From a virus (Duplodnaviria > Caudoviricetes), in the IMG/VR virus record IMGVR_UViG_3300030389_000479, positions 1-25,518 of that record: DNA of 25,518 bases; one strand, written 5' to 3'. Shown one piece after another: positions 13,219-22,367 of this stretch. Numbering within the stretch: the stretch's first letter is position 1; the number at the start of each line of letters is the position of its first letter. A program made the position numbers and the translations under genes. The notes below the pieces were generated by a model. It made no database searches and was not told where the DNA came from. It saw only the letters and a program-made list of their open reading frames with translations.

Positions 13219-15482
13219 TGCAGAAAGCAAAAGTATCCGTCACGAATTTCCAGTTTGGAGAGATCAGTCCTAGTCTTATATCCAGAACAGATACAAAAGT
13301 TTACACTGCTTCTGCACAAAAGATTGAAAACTTCTTCTTGAGAGCAGAGGGTGGACTGATAAAGAGAGCTGGTCTTTCTAAGATATATGAATTTGATACA
13401 AGCATAGATGCTTCTAAGACTCAGCAACATAGACTTGTACCTTTTATATTTTCAGATGATGAGAGATACATTGTTTCTCTTGAGCATCAAAAGATAAGAG
13501 TCTTTCAGATTGATACAAACAATGCAGTTAGTTTAGCGGCAACTCTCACAGCAGATTCAAGTGGTGCTACTATACCTATTACTAATTTGAATATGCATGA
13601 AGTAACGTATGCACAATCTGGTGATGTTATGTTTATTGCGCACCAGACATTTATGGTTCGTAAGCTTGTGCGTACTGGTCTTACTTCATTTCAAATGGAG
13701 ACTAAGACATTTGATACGCAGTCTGCTGGTGCAAAGATTTATCAACCATATTTTCAATTTCAAGATTTGGGTGTTACTCTTGACCCTTCTGCTAGTTCTG
13801 GAAATGGTATAACCCTTACAACAAGTGCCTCATATTGGGATACAACTGGATCACAAACAAATGGTAATTATCTTAACTCAAAACATGTTGGTATTACTAT
13901 TAAGTATCATGATCAAGAAATAACTATTACATCAGTTCAGTCTGCAACTCAGGCAACTGGAAACTGTTTAGCTACACTAAAGAAAAGATTGAAGGTTGAT
14001 TCTTTTCGGACTGACAATGGCGTGGCTACAGTTACTGTGACGTTAGTTAATCATGGATTCTCAGCTGGTGATGCATTTGCAATTACAAACGCAAATACTG
14101 TTGGTGGTATATCTGGTAACAATCTAAATGGTAACAGAACAGTAGCAGAAGTAATTGATGATAATACATTCACATTTACCGCTGGTGGTAATGCGACTGA
14201 TTCAGTAGCTGGTGGTGGTACTCCCTTCCTTGAAACACATGCGCCAGCTACGAATTGGTCAGAGCAATCATACTCAGAGCTAAGAGGATATCCTGGAGCT
14301 GTAACATTTCATCAGAATAGACTATGGTATGGGGGAACTATCGCACAGCCAGATGGTCTTTGGGCTAGTAAGTCTAATGAGTTTTTTAATTTTGATATTG
14401 GTGATGCAAGTGATAATGATTCTATTGATATTACTGCCGCAATAGGAGAAGTAAATACTATACGTCATCTTGTATCTAATAGAGACTTGCAATGCTTTAC
14501 ATCAACGGATGAATTTATTGTACCAGCTTTTATTGAAAAGCCTACAACCCCTACAAATGCTACAATCAAAAGACAAACTTCTTTTGGTTCTGCTTTTGTA
14601 AAGCCTTATGTGTTTGATGGTGCAACTGTGTATGTGCAAACATCTGGTGAGATTGTAAGAGAGTTTCTATTTGATGATGGACAAAATGCTTATACTGGTC
14701 AACCGATATCAAGCCTTGCCTCTCATCTGATTAAGAATCCAATACAAGCCAGCACTCTAGCTGGTGGTATTGATCGTGCTGAAAGCTATTACTTTCTTGT
14801 AGATGCTGATGGAACTCTTGGCGTGTTCAATTCAAATAGAGGTGAGCAACGATACGGCTGGACACAGTTTACAAGTCAGGGTTCATTCCATTCTATTTGC
14901 ACAGTTGATACAAGAGTGTATGCTGTAGTTAAGTTTGATAAGGGAGATGGGACAAATAAATATATTCTCTGTGAGTTTGATACTAGCTTTAATACTGATA
15001 TGGCTAAAACATATTCTGGTTCTAACGGAGTCTTCAACGTCAGTGCTGACTTTGCTAACGGTGCAGTCCTCGATGTGGTCAGTGGCACTCATTATCTTGG
15101 TCAGTTTACTGTGGCTAGTGGCAACATCGATGTATCGGCTGTGGATAATTCTCTTTCATCAGCAGAGATAGGATTCAAGTTTGATGTCAATCTAAAAACA
15201 AATCCAGTTGATGCAATGACAGCAGTTGGACCTTTGAGTGGTGAGCCAAGAGGTATGAATAAAGTAATTGTAGATTTGAGCAATACTTTATCTGTATCAG
15301 TAAATAATAATAATCTTATTATACGTCAAGTAACAGATGATCTTAGTCAAGCTCGAACACCAGTAACTGGGAAAAGAGAGTTTAGATTACTTGGTTATTC
15401 AAAAGACCCTCAAGTTTCTATTAGTCAATCTGCACCTTTATCATTACAAGTAAATTCAATTATAGCGGAGGTAACATTCTAA
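13218..15482 (+). CDS. Tail tubular protein B (T7 gp12-like nozzle)
   Basis: TNFQFGEISP...R.D, GGLIKRAG, YAQSGDVMFIAH and GYPGAVTFHQNRLWYGG motifs. 754 aa. Confidence 0.88.
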   Translation: MQKAKVSVTNFQFGEISPSLISRTDTKVYTASAQKIENFFLRAEGGLIKRAGLSKIYEFDTSIDASKTQQHRLVPFIFSDDERYIVSLEHQKIRVFQIDTNNAVSLAATLTADSSGATIPITNLNMHEVTYAQSGDVMFIAHQTFMVRKLVRTGLTSFQMETKTFDTQSAGAKIYQPYFQFQDLGVTLDPSASSGNGITLTTSASYWDTTGSQTNGNYLNSKHVGITIKYHDQEITITSVQSATQATGNCLATLKKRLKVDSFRTDNGVATVTVTLVNHGFSAGDAFAITNANTVGGISGNNLNGNRTVAEVIDDNTFTFTAGGNATDSVAGGGTPFLETHAPATNWSEQSYSELRGYPGAVTFHQNRLWYGGTIAQPDGLWASKSNEFFNFDIGDASDNDSIDITAAIGEVNTIRHLVSNRDLQCFTSTDEFIVPAFIEKPTTPTNATIKRQTSFGSAFVKPYVFDGATVYVQTSGEIVREFLFDDGQNAYTGQPISSLASHLIKNPIQASTLAGGIDRAESYYFLVDADGTLGVFNSNRGEQRYGWTQFTSQGSFHSICTVDTRVYAVVKFDKGDGTNKYILCEFDTSFNTDMAKTYSGSNGVFNVSADFANGAVLDVVSGTHYLGQFTVASGNIDVSAVDNSLSSAEIGFKFDVNLKTNPVDAMTAVGPLSGEPRGMNKVIVDLSNTLSVSVNNNNLIIRQVTDDLSQARTPVTGKREFRLLGYSKDPQVSISQSAPLSLQVNSIIAEVTF

Positions 15483-15919
15483 TGTTCCAGTTTCTAGGTT
15501 TAATCGGTTCTGCTTTAGCGGCAAGTGCAACAATAGCTAGAGGTCAAGAAATAAAAAGGCAAAAAGAAGCAGAAGCCGCACAGATTGAGCAAGAAAGATT
15601 TCAGCGCAAGATACAAACTATGGAAGCGCATAATGATATACTTGATCAGTATGATGATGCTGTTGAAACAAATGAATCTCTTTTTGCTTTTATGAATAGA
15701 GATGATGATAATTCTCTGAGAAAATTTCGTGAATCTCAAGAAGCTTTAGCTGGTGAAGATACAAAGCGTATTGACTTCAAGGGAGTTGCAGAACGAGAGC
15801 AGTTGAGATTAAGAAGACTAAGTGCTTTGAGAGCTGGAGATGCGGCACTTAGAGCTTCACAGATAAGTGCATTGTCAACCCTTGCATCAGGCGCGGCAGA
15901 TTTTTATAAGAGTAGTTAA
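15482..15919 (+). CDS. Internal virion protein (gp14-like slot)
   Basis: Hydrophobic, Ala-rich N-terminus and coiled-coil body. First of three genes after tail B. Confidence 0.65.
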   Translation: MFQFLGLIGSALAASATIARGQEIKRQKEAEAAQIEQERFQRKIQTMEAHNDILDQYDDAVETNESLFAFMNRDDDNSLRKFRESQEALAGEDTKRIDFKGVAEREQLRLRRLSALRAGDAALRASQISALSTLASGAADFYKSS

Positions 15920-18903
15920 TGGTTGTAAAATATAAAAGACAAGTAAGAAGTGATCCTATTGGAGTTATAAGAGCAGATATGTCTGTTGCTAACTCTTTAG
16001 CTGAGACTGCAAACGCAATAGGCAAAATGTCTAATGAAGCTTTTAAGCTTGCGGCAGTTGAAGCAGAGAAGAAAGGATTGGAATATATCTCATCTAAATC
16101 TGATGCTGAGTTGTTCGGTATAGATGAAGAAGGTAAACCAGTAAACCTTGTCGATAAGCTAATAGCTGATCTACCAGCAAAAGGTTTTGGTATGACCAGC
16201 TCTGCTGTTATCAGACAAGAAGCTAGACGTAGGGTAAAAGAGATTGCTCTTCAAAAGATTGAAGCGTATGGAACTGAGATAAGAACTAAGTTTCCGTTTG
16301 GAGCAAATAAAGTTCGTGACCTTATGGGTGCATTTGTATCTGACTTAGCGGCACCATTTGGACCGGAGTATGGTCGATTAATAACTGACATCGGTACAAA
16401 GTATTCAAGTGGTTTAGTAAATAGTATTCATATAGATGCAACTAATAATGAGATTAAGAAAGCTGGCAACCTTCTCACTGCAGAAACAGCAAGAGATTTA
16501 AGTTACTCAGCAAGCACTCTTGGTGGCTCAAGTATGTTGACTGTGCGAAAAGCAATCGAAGCTATCAAGCAAGGTAAAGATGAACATCACAATGAAATTG
16601 TACAGCGTATAGATAACTCTTTTAATATTGGTCAAGCATCAACTACTGGTGCTAACTATACAGAAAAGAAAATCTCTAACATTGCTATGGCAAAGTTTGA
16701 GAATAAATTTAGAAAGCATCTCAAGACTCCTGAAGGACAAACACTTGCATACGCTGTTAATGCTGAGATATCTGGACGAGGTAGACTTGATCTAAAGAGT
16801 TTTGATGGACAGCCTCCTGAGATAAAAGAATATGCTGAACTGTTGGAGCATATTGATAATGCTGGTATGCGAGGAGCATTAAGACAAAATCTACAAAGAT
16901 TAATTGTTGCTGATAATAGAATCGATGCTTATGCATCAAGTCAGGCAAGTGCAGTTGTTACATCTCAGGAAAATATTATTGATGCTGAATCTGAAAGAAC
17001 AAAGATTGATTTACTTAACATAGGTAAAGTTGGAAGTAGACAATATAATGAGTTATCTAGGAATTTATCTAATGCTATTGGCACTGGTGATATTGCTGGA
17101 TTTACTGAAATCATTAGTAAAACAAAAGATGAGATTATAAATGCTCAACGTATTCCAACAAAAGAAATAAATGGAAAGACTGTAGCTGGTAGTAAAGCTA
17201 TTCTTACTGAAACACAAGCTTCTTCTGCTATCGGATATCTTAACGATGTTGCCGCTGATATGATTGCTACATATTCAGCTAGTCAATTTAAATATGAGAA
17301 CGGAACAGCTGATACACAAAAGATGTTAGCACTAGCTGAGATGTATAGAAGTGGTGGTCGAGGTGCAATGAAAGTTGCATCAAACTTAGGTTTTACTGAT
17401 AGACAAATGGCAGTAGCTCAACTTACTTCTAGTACTCAACTTAAACCAGTTGGTCCAGCAAATATGGAACGAGATGTTGTTGCTGGATTTGATAAAGACT
17501 TTAGAACTGCTATTGCTGTAAAGCTTGAGGCTGATGCAAGGAGAGCAGATCAAATACAGAAAGTAAATAAGACTCAACTTGAACTTGCAAAGACTGTAAG
17601 TCGTATAGCTCCAACAACTCCTAATGGTGAGCGTAATGATTATAGATTCTTCCAACCAACAGACAAAGAAAAGGAAGCGGCTGATATATATCTTGAGGGA
17701 AGATTCCCTGGCATTGATTTACAGAAAGCTTATTTTTCTGGAGACTTTCAAAGTGGAGAACTTCGAGAAGAAGTAGATCGTATGTTGTTTGAAAAGAACA
17801 TCATTCCTAAAAGCTTAGATGAAGTAATTAATTTTGTGTTTGAGGGTAAAGCGCAACCCTCAGAAATAAATGGTATAATTGATTTTTTAATCAAAGCTAG
17901 TTCTCCAGAGCCAGACATGTCTGGTAACTTTGATGAAGTGCATCGCCTAGATGATCTTGTTGGGAAAGAAAAAATGATTCTTATAAGAGAAGCCTATCGA
18001 GCATCACAACTCATTGGATCAAATGACCTTTCCCAAATTCTTCGCAACTTTAGTAACTTCAAACGAGAAGATAGAGGAGCGCAATATAAAACAATATATA
18101 GCGCAACATTTGGTGAAGCAGACACAGATGATAAAAGAGTAGCAAACATTGATAATAAACTTGCTGGGTTTGAGTCTATTGCAAATGCTGGTGGTAGAGG
18201 ATCGCATTTCTTCCGTGTAGTTAAAAATGCTTTACCATTTTACATGTATCAACAAGTAGTTGAAAGGCAGATGAATCCAAGAATAGAGGATGTAGAAAAC
18301 TGGGTTGATGGTTTAGTAAAGACTCACTTTCCAAAGACTGAAGACTATGTGCTGGATGTTTTTGCTTATGGTTCAAAGGATGGTGGATATAGATCACCAT
18401 TTGCATTAGCTCGACTTATGCCAGATCAAGAGATGAGAGAAGCTTTCCTTGAATATGTAGAAAGACAAATACTTAAAGTTGGTAACTACACTCTCACTAA
18501 CACTAATCATGATCGAGGAGAACTTGGTGAAAGAGATTTCTCGATGCGAGAAACTTTAGAAACTGCGCCAGCTAGTCCAGGAGTAAGTATAGGTTTAGCT
18601 GTAGCTGGAATGTTCTTTGATGCTCCAGAAGTTATTGCTCGAAAAGGTGCAGATACAACGGAAACAAATAGAAAGAAGATATGGCTTGCACCGCAATATG
18701 GTTCTGCACAAGCACCCTTTCTCAACTTAAGCGCACCTTTGAATCAGATGCAAGGCGCACGAAACTTAGTGTTCGATGTTGTGTATGCAGATAAGGGAGA
18801 GGTAAAGTATCTTATTGATCAAGATGAAAACAAACAACCTTATGTGGTTCAGTTTAGTATTGCTGAGTTTCTTGATGATTATTACGGAAGAATGGTTGAA
18901 TGA
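15919..18903 (+). CDS. Large internal virion/ejection protein (gp15-like slot, 994 aa)
   Basis: Long helical ORF in the canonical position. Function inferred from synteny only. Confidence 0.65.
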   Translation: MVVKYKRQVRSDPIGVIRADMSVANSLAETANAIGKMSNEAFKLAAVEAEKKGLEYISSKSDAELFGIDEEGKPVNLVDKLIADLPAKGFGMTSSAVIRQEARRRVKEIALQKIEAYGTEIRTKFPFGANKVRDLMGAFVSDLAAPFGPEYGRLITDIGTKYSSGLVNSIHIDATNNEIKKAGNLLTAETARDLSYSASTLGGSSMLTVRKAIEAIKQGKDEHHNEIVQRIDNSFNIGQASTTGANYTEKKISNIAMAKFENKFRKHLKTPEGQTLAYAVNAEISGRGRLDLKSFDGQPPEIKEYAELLEHIDNAGMRGALRQNLQRLIVADNRIDAYASSQASAVVTSQENIIDAESERTKIDLLNIGKVGSRQYNELSRNLSNAIGTGDIAGFTEIISKTKDEIINAQRIPTKEINGKTVAGSKAILTETQASSAIGYLNDVAADMIATYSASQFKYENGTADTQKMLALAEMYRSGGRGAMKVASNLGFTDRQMAVAQLTSSTQLKPVGPANMERDVVAGFDKDFRTAIAVKLEADARRADQIQKVNKTQLELAKTVSRIAPTTPNGERNDYRFFQPTDKEKEAADIYLEGRFPGIDLQKAYFSGDFQSGELREEVDRMLFEKNIIPKSLDEVINFVFEGKAQPSEINGIIDFLIKASSPEPDMSGNFDEVHRLDDLVGKEKMILIREAYRASQLIGSNDLSQILRNFSNFKREDRGAQYKTIYSATFGEADTDDKRVANIDNKLAGFESIANAGGRGSHFFRVVKNALPFYMYQQVVERQMNPRIEDVENWVDGLVKTHFPKTEDYVLDVFAYGSKDGGYRSPFALARLMPDQEMREAFLEYVERQILKVGNYTLTNTNHDRGELGERDFSMRETLETAPASPGVSIGLAVAGMFFDAPEVIARKGADTTETNRKKIWLAPQYGSAQAPFLNLSAPLNQMQGARNLVFDVVYADKGEVKYLIDQDENKQPYVVQFSIAEFLDDYYGRMVE

Positions 18904-21900
18904 AAAATATCAATGAGAGATTCTATACACCAACTCCTACTCTTCAGTATCATAAGGGATACCAGCAAGATTATAATGCAAACCCCACATGGACTGATAC
19001 TCTCAATGCAAACTTAGGATATCAATACAAATCATTCCTTAATGCAATGTATCTTGAATCTAAGTATGGAGATGTTGCTGTTGATGATTCTCTGAGTGTC
19101 ATTAACGAGATTAAAGGTACAGAATACGAACAGTATTATAATGATCTGAAGGACGCAAAGAACATGGATCATCTTAACGATATGAAAGTTCAGATTGATA
19201 AGATGAAACAACGTAGAGAAATATTATCAAATTCAAGTATATGGGCGCAACTTACAACTGGATTGTTTGATCCTTTGAATCTTGTAGCCTTACCATTTGG
19301 TGGACCAACTCTTGGTATTGCTCGATCAGCGTTCCGTGTTGGTCTTGGTGTGACAGCAACACAAGCTCCTATTGAAGTTGGTCGTCAGCTTTTTGATCCG
19401 ACTGCAACTAAAACAGAATCAGCTTTGAATCTTGGTGCCGCTTTTTTTGTAGGTGGTACGCTTGGTGGTTTGCAGTCTGTTGCTGGTAATGTTAGAGCAA
19501 ATACTATAAACAAAACTATTGCTGAGATAGATGAATTTACAAAGATTGTAAACTCAGTTGATCCTGATCAATCAGCAAAGATAGGTCAGAGAGCAGATCG
19601 TGTGTATGACATTACTGATGATGGCTTGCAAAGTTTAAGTATGCGTATGAATGAAACTCGATTTACTGATGAGCTTGTTGAAGAGCTATCTGATCCTGAC
19701 AAGTTAGTTGCGTACCTTAAAAAGAATTACACAGAGAAACAACTTAGAAATAATTTAACAAAGAAAAATGTAAGCGCATTAGCAAAAAAATTTGAAGGAG
19801 AAGCACAAGTAAGAAAGCTAGAAAAAGCTAATGGTGAAATGAAGAACCCATATAATCTAGCTGAGAATATATTTACTCGAAGCTGGTTCTATCGAGGAGT
19901 AACTAATCCATATAAGCGTGTGCTTCAAAATAAAGAGTACAGTCAAGAAACTAAATTAGATTTAATAAAGTTGATTGGCGATCATGGTACTGCTCTTGAA
20001 GGAAACTTCATGGGATATAAGATGCCACATAGCATTTATATTAAAGCATCTGAATATGAAAGTGAATGGGTGAAAGCACATGATCAACTGCTTGAGATTT
20101 ATGGTGAGATAACTGGTAAGGGTGTGCCAGTAGAATCAAAGATGGATTATAACTTTGGTCGTAAAAGGTATGATCAATGGTTAGAAGATACTTGGAAGAA
20201 GAGTGTAACTGACAATGCAAACATGACACCTCTTGAGAATAAAGCAAAGGATGTATGGAATAAATTCTTCAAGCAATGGGAAGATAGATTAGCAGAGACT
20301 GGACATTTAGCTACTGATGCCAGTCTGCGAAGACGTATTGATAAGTTGCGTTATGATCTTACTGATCCTAAAGATGGAGTTATTACACGCATTAATGAAC
20401 TAGAAAATATGAAGAAGCGTAATGCTGTACAGAGAAACGAACTTGAAGAATTAATTATTCTGAGAGATAGAATCCGCAGAGAATTAAGACAAGAAGAAAA
20501 TGCTTTGAAGTCTAAGCTTGGTGAGGATGGTGAACGCAAAGTATTTAAAGATGAAAACTTCTTTGCTCGATTCTGGAATAAGCAAAAGATCATTGAGCAA
20601 CGAGAGCAGTTCAAAGAAATACTAATGACTTGGTTTCAAGAGAATCCAAATGCTTTTGTTTACAATAAGAAAACAAAGACAGTTTCTTCTACTGAGTTAT
20701 CTAGGAATCCTGATGAGATAAGCAAAAGAGTTGATGAAGTTATTAATATGCTTATCGATGAGGGTGATCCTTTTAATCAGATATCGTATGGCTACAATAA
20801 ATCTAAGCACTTCCGACATAGGCTTTTAGATATTCCAAACAGTAAAGTATCTGAGTTTATTATTGCTAATCCAGTTCAGGTAATGATGACGTATACAAAT
20901 AGAACAGCGGCACAGTATGAGTTCTATAAAACATTTGGGTATCAAGACCCTGAGATAGTTATTGGTAAGATCATTGCTCGAGAGGCAAAGAATGGAGTTG
21001 GTAAGAAATCTCTTGATGCTTTGCGAAGAGACTTCTTGCACAGCTATGATAGAGTTGCTGGTATTGTTATACAGAACCCAGAATCTTTGAGTCTTAAGAC
21101 TGCACAAATACTGAAAGACCTAGCAACATTGAACTATCTTGGTAGTGCTGGTTTCTCGACTCTTCCTGATGCCGCAACTGTACTTATGCAAAATGAATTA
21201 GCTCCTTTATTTAAGCAGATGTTTCAAGTGTTGAGTAATAACAAAGTAAGAATGAACGCTATGGAAGGTAGGCTTTGTGGTGAGATGCTCGAAATACTGA
21301 AGGGTGATGTTCATCTTAGACTACAAGAAGATATGTTAAACAATCCATTTCAAGGAACGCTGTTTGACACAACAAAAGTAAAGAACATATTCTTCCAACT
21401 TAATCTCCTAGCTCCGATGACTAGAACATTTAAGATGATGTCATCAATGGCAAACTCTCATACAATCATTGACTATTCTATAAAGCTGGCTAATGGTAAC
21501 GCAACAGCAAAAGAAACGCAGTGGTTATTGCGTATGGGTATTGATAGGAAAGATGCATCGAAGATTAATAATATGCGGAAGAAAGGATTCATTGAGGACT
21601 CTGATGGTTTTTATCTTGCTAACTCAGACGCATGGGACGATCTTGAAGCTACTAAAATCTTTAGACGAACAATGAACGCTGGTATTAAGAACACTGTTCT
21701 TATGGGATCACCAGCAGATAAACCTTTGATAACAGATGGTGTTGTATATGTGCCAATGCGTATCGGTAGATTCATGGGTCTAACAGAGGATCGCCGTGTT
21801 CGAGGTTATGCTCGAGTAGAGAACGCAATACTTGGTTTACCTTTTCAATTTTATTCTTATTCTTTTGCTGCTCTGAATAAAATAACGACTCTTTATTCTC

Positions 21901-22364
21901 AGGGTGCGGTAACGAATAGGCTTGTTGGTATAGGTGCATCTATGGCTCTTGGGTATATGAGCTTAATGATAAAGTACAGAAACAATCCTTATATTCTGGA
22001 TGATATGAGTCTTGAAGATAAGATGTTACGTTCTTTTGATACATCTGGGTTGGCGGCTTTATACTCAGATATGTACTATACCTCTATACAAACATCTCTT
22101 GCTCTTGGTGGACCAGACCTAACAATGGGTTTAGTTTCTCCGAAGTTTCCGCAAGAGAAAGATTATATCGATGCGGCAACAGCTCCGCTAGGTGCTGGTG
22201 TGAGTGTAACTACAGATTTAGCAAGAGGTGCGGCTAAGTTTATTACTGGTGACTATGGTGAAGGGACGAAAGAATTTCTTGCTAACTTGCCTGGAGCTAG
22301 GTTATGGTTTATAAAAGATCAGGTAAACGATATGAGTCGCGCTATAGCTGGAAGAATGGATTAA
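18900..22364 (+). CDS. Large internal virion/ejection protein (gp16-like slot, 1154 aa)
   Basis: DPLNLVALPFGG N-terminal hydrophobic region and C-terminal FQFYSYSFAA with hydrophobic stretches. Synteny. Confidence 0.7.
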   Translation: MKNINERFYTPTPTLQYHKGYQQDYNANPTWTDTLNANLGYQYKSFLNAMYLESKYGDVAVDDSLSVINEIKGTEYEQYYNDLKDAKNMDHLNDMKVQIDKMKQRREILSNSSIWAQLTTGLFDPLNLVALPFGGPTLGIARSAFRVGLGVTATQAPIEVGRQLFDPTATKTESALNLGAAFFVGGTLGGLQSVAGNVRANTINKTIAEIDEFTKIVNSVDPDQSAKIGQRADRVYDITDDGLQSLSMRMNETRFTDELVEELSDPDKLVAYLKKNYTEKQLRNNLTKKNVSALAKKFEGEAQVRKLEKANGEMKNPYNLAENIFTRSWFYRGVTNPYKRVLQNKEYSQETKLDLIKLIGDHGTALEGNFMGYKMPHSIYIKASEYESEWVKAHDQLLEIYGEITGKGVPVESKMDYNFGRKRYDQWLEDTWKKSVTDNANMTPLENKAKDVWNKFFKQWEDRLAETGHLATDASLRRRIDKLRYDLTDPKDGVITRINELENMKKRNAVQRNELEELIILRDRIRRELRQEENALKSKLGEDGERKVFKDENFFARFWNKQKIIEQREQFKEILMTWFQENPNAFVYNKKTKTVSSTELSRNPDEISKRVDEVINMLIDEGDPFNQISYGYNKSKHFRHRLLDIPNSKVSEFIIANPVQVMMTYTNRTAAQYEFYKTFGYQDPEIVIGKIIAREAKNGVGKKSLDALRRDFLHSYDRVAGIVIQNPESLSLKTAQILKDLATLNYLGSAGFSTLPDAATVLMQNELAPLFKQMFQVLSNNKVRMNAMEGRLCGEMLEILKGDVHLRLQEDMLNNPFQGTLFDTTKVKNIFFQLNLLAPMTRTFKMMSSMANSHTIIDYSIKLANGNATAKETQWLLRMGIDRKDASKINNMRKKGFIEDSDGFYLANSDAWDDLEATKIFRRTMNAGIKNTVLMGSPADKPLITDGVVYVPMRIGRFMGLTEDRRVRGYARVENAILGLPFQFYSYSFAALNKITTLYSQGAVTNRLVGIGASMALGYMSLMIKYRNNPYILDDMSLEDKMLRSFDTSGLAALYSDMYYTSIQTSLALGGPDLTMGLVSPKFPQEKDYIDAATAPLGAGVSVTTDLARGAAKFITGDYGEGTKEFLANLPGARLWFIKDQVNDMSRAIAGRMD

Positions 22365-22367
22365 CAA

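Noticed and set aside
15919-22364. Virion-encapsidated RNA polymerase (suggested by the GAA hairpins) or lytic transglycosylase in the large internal proteins
   Set aside because: No DxDGD, T7-type polymerase motifs or clear transglycosylase motif recognised. Structure prediction would be needed to exclude them fully.
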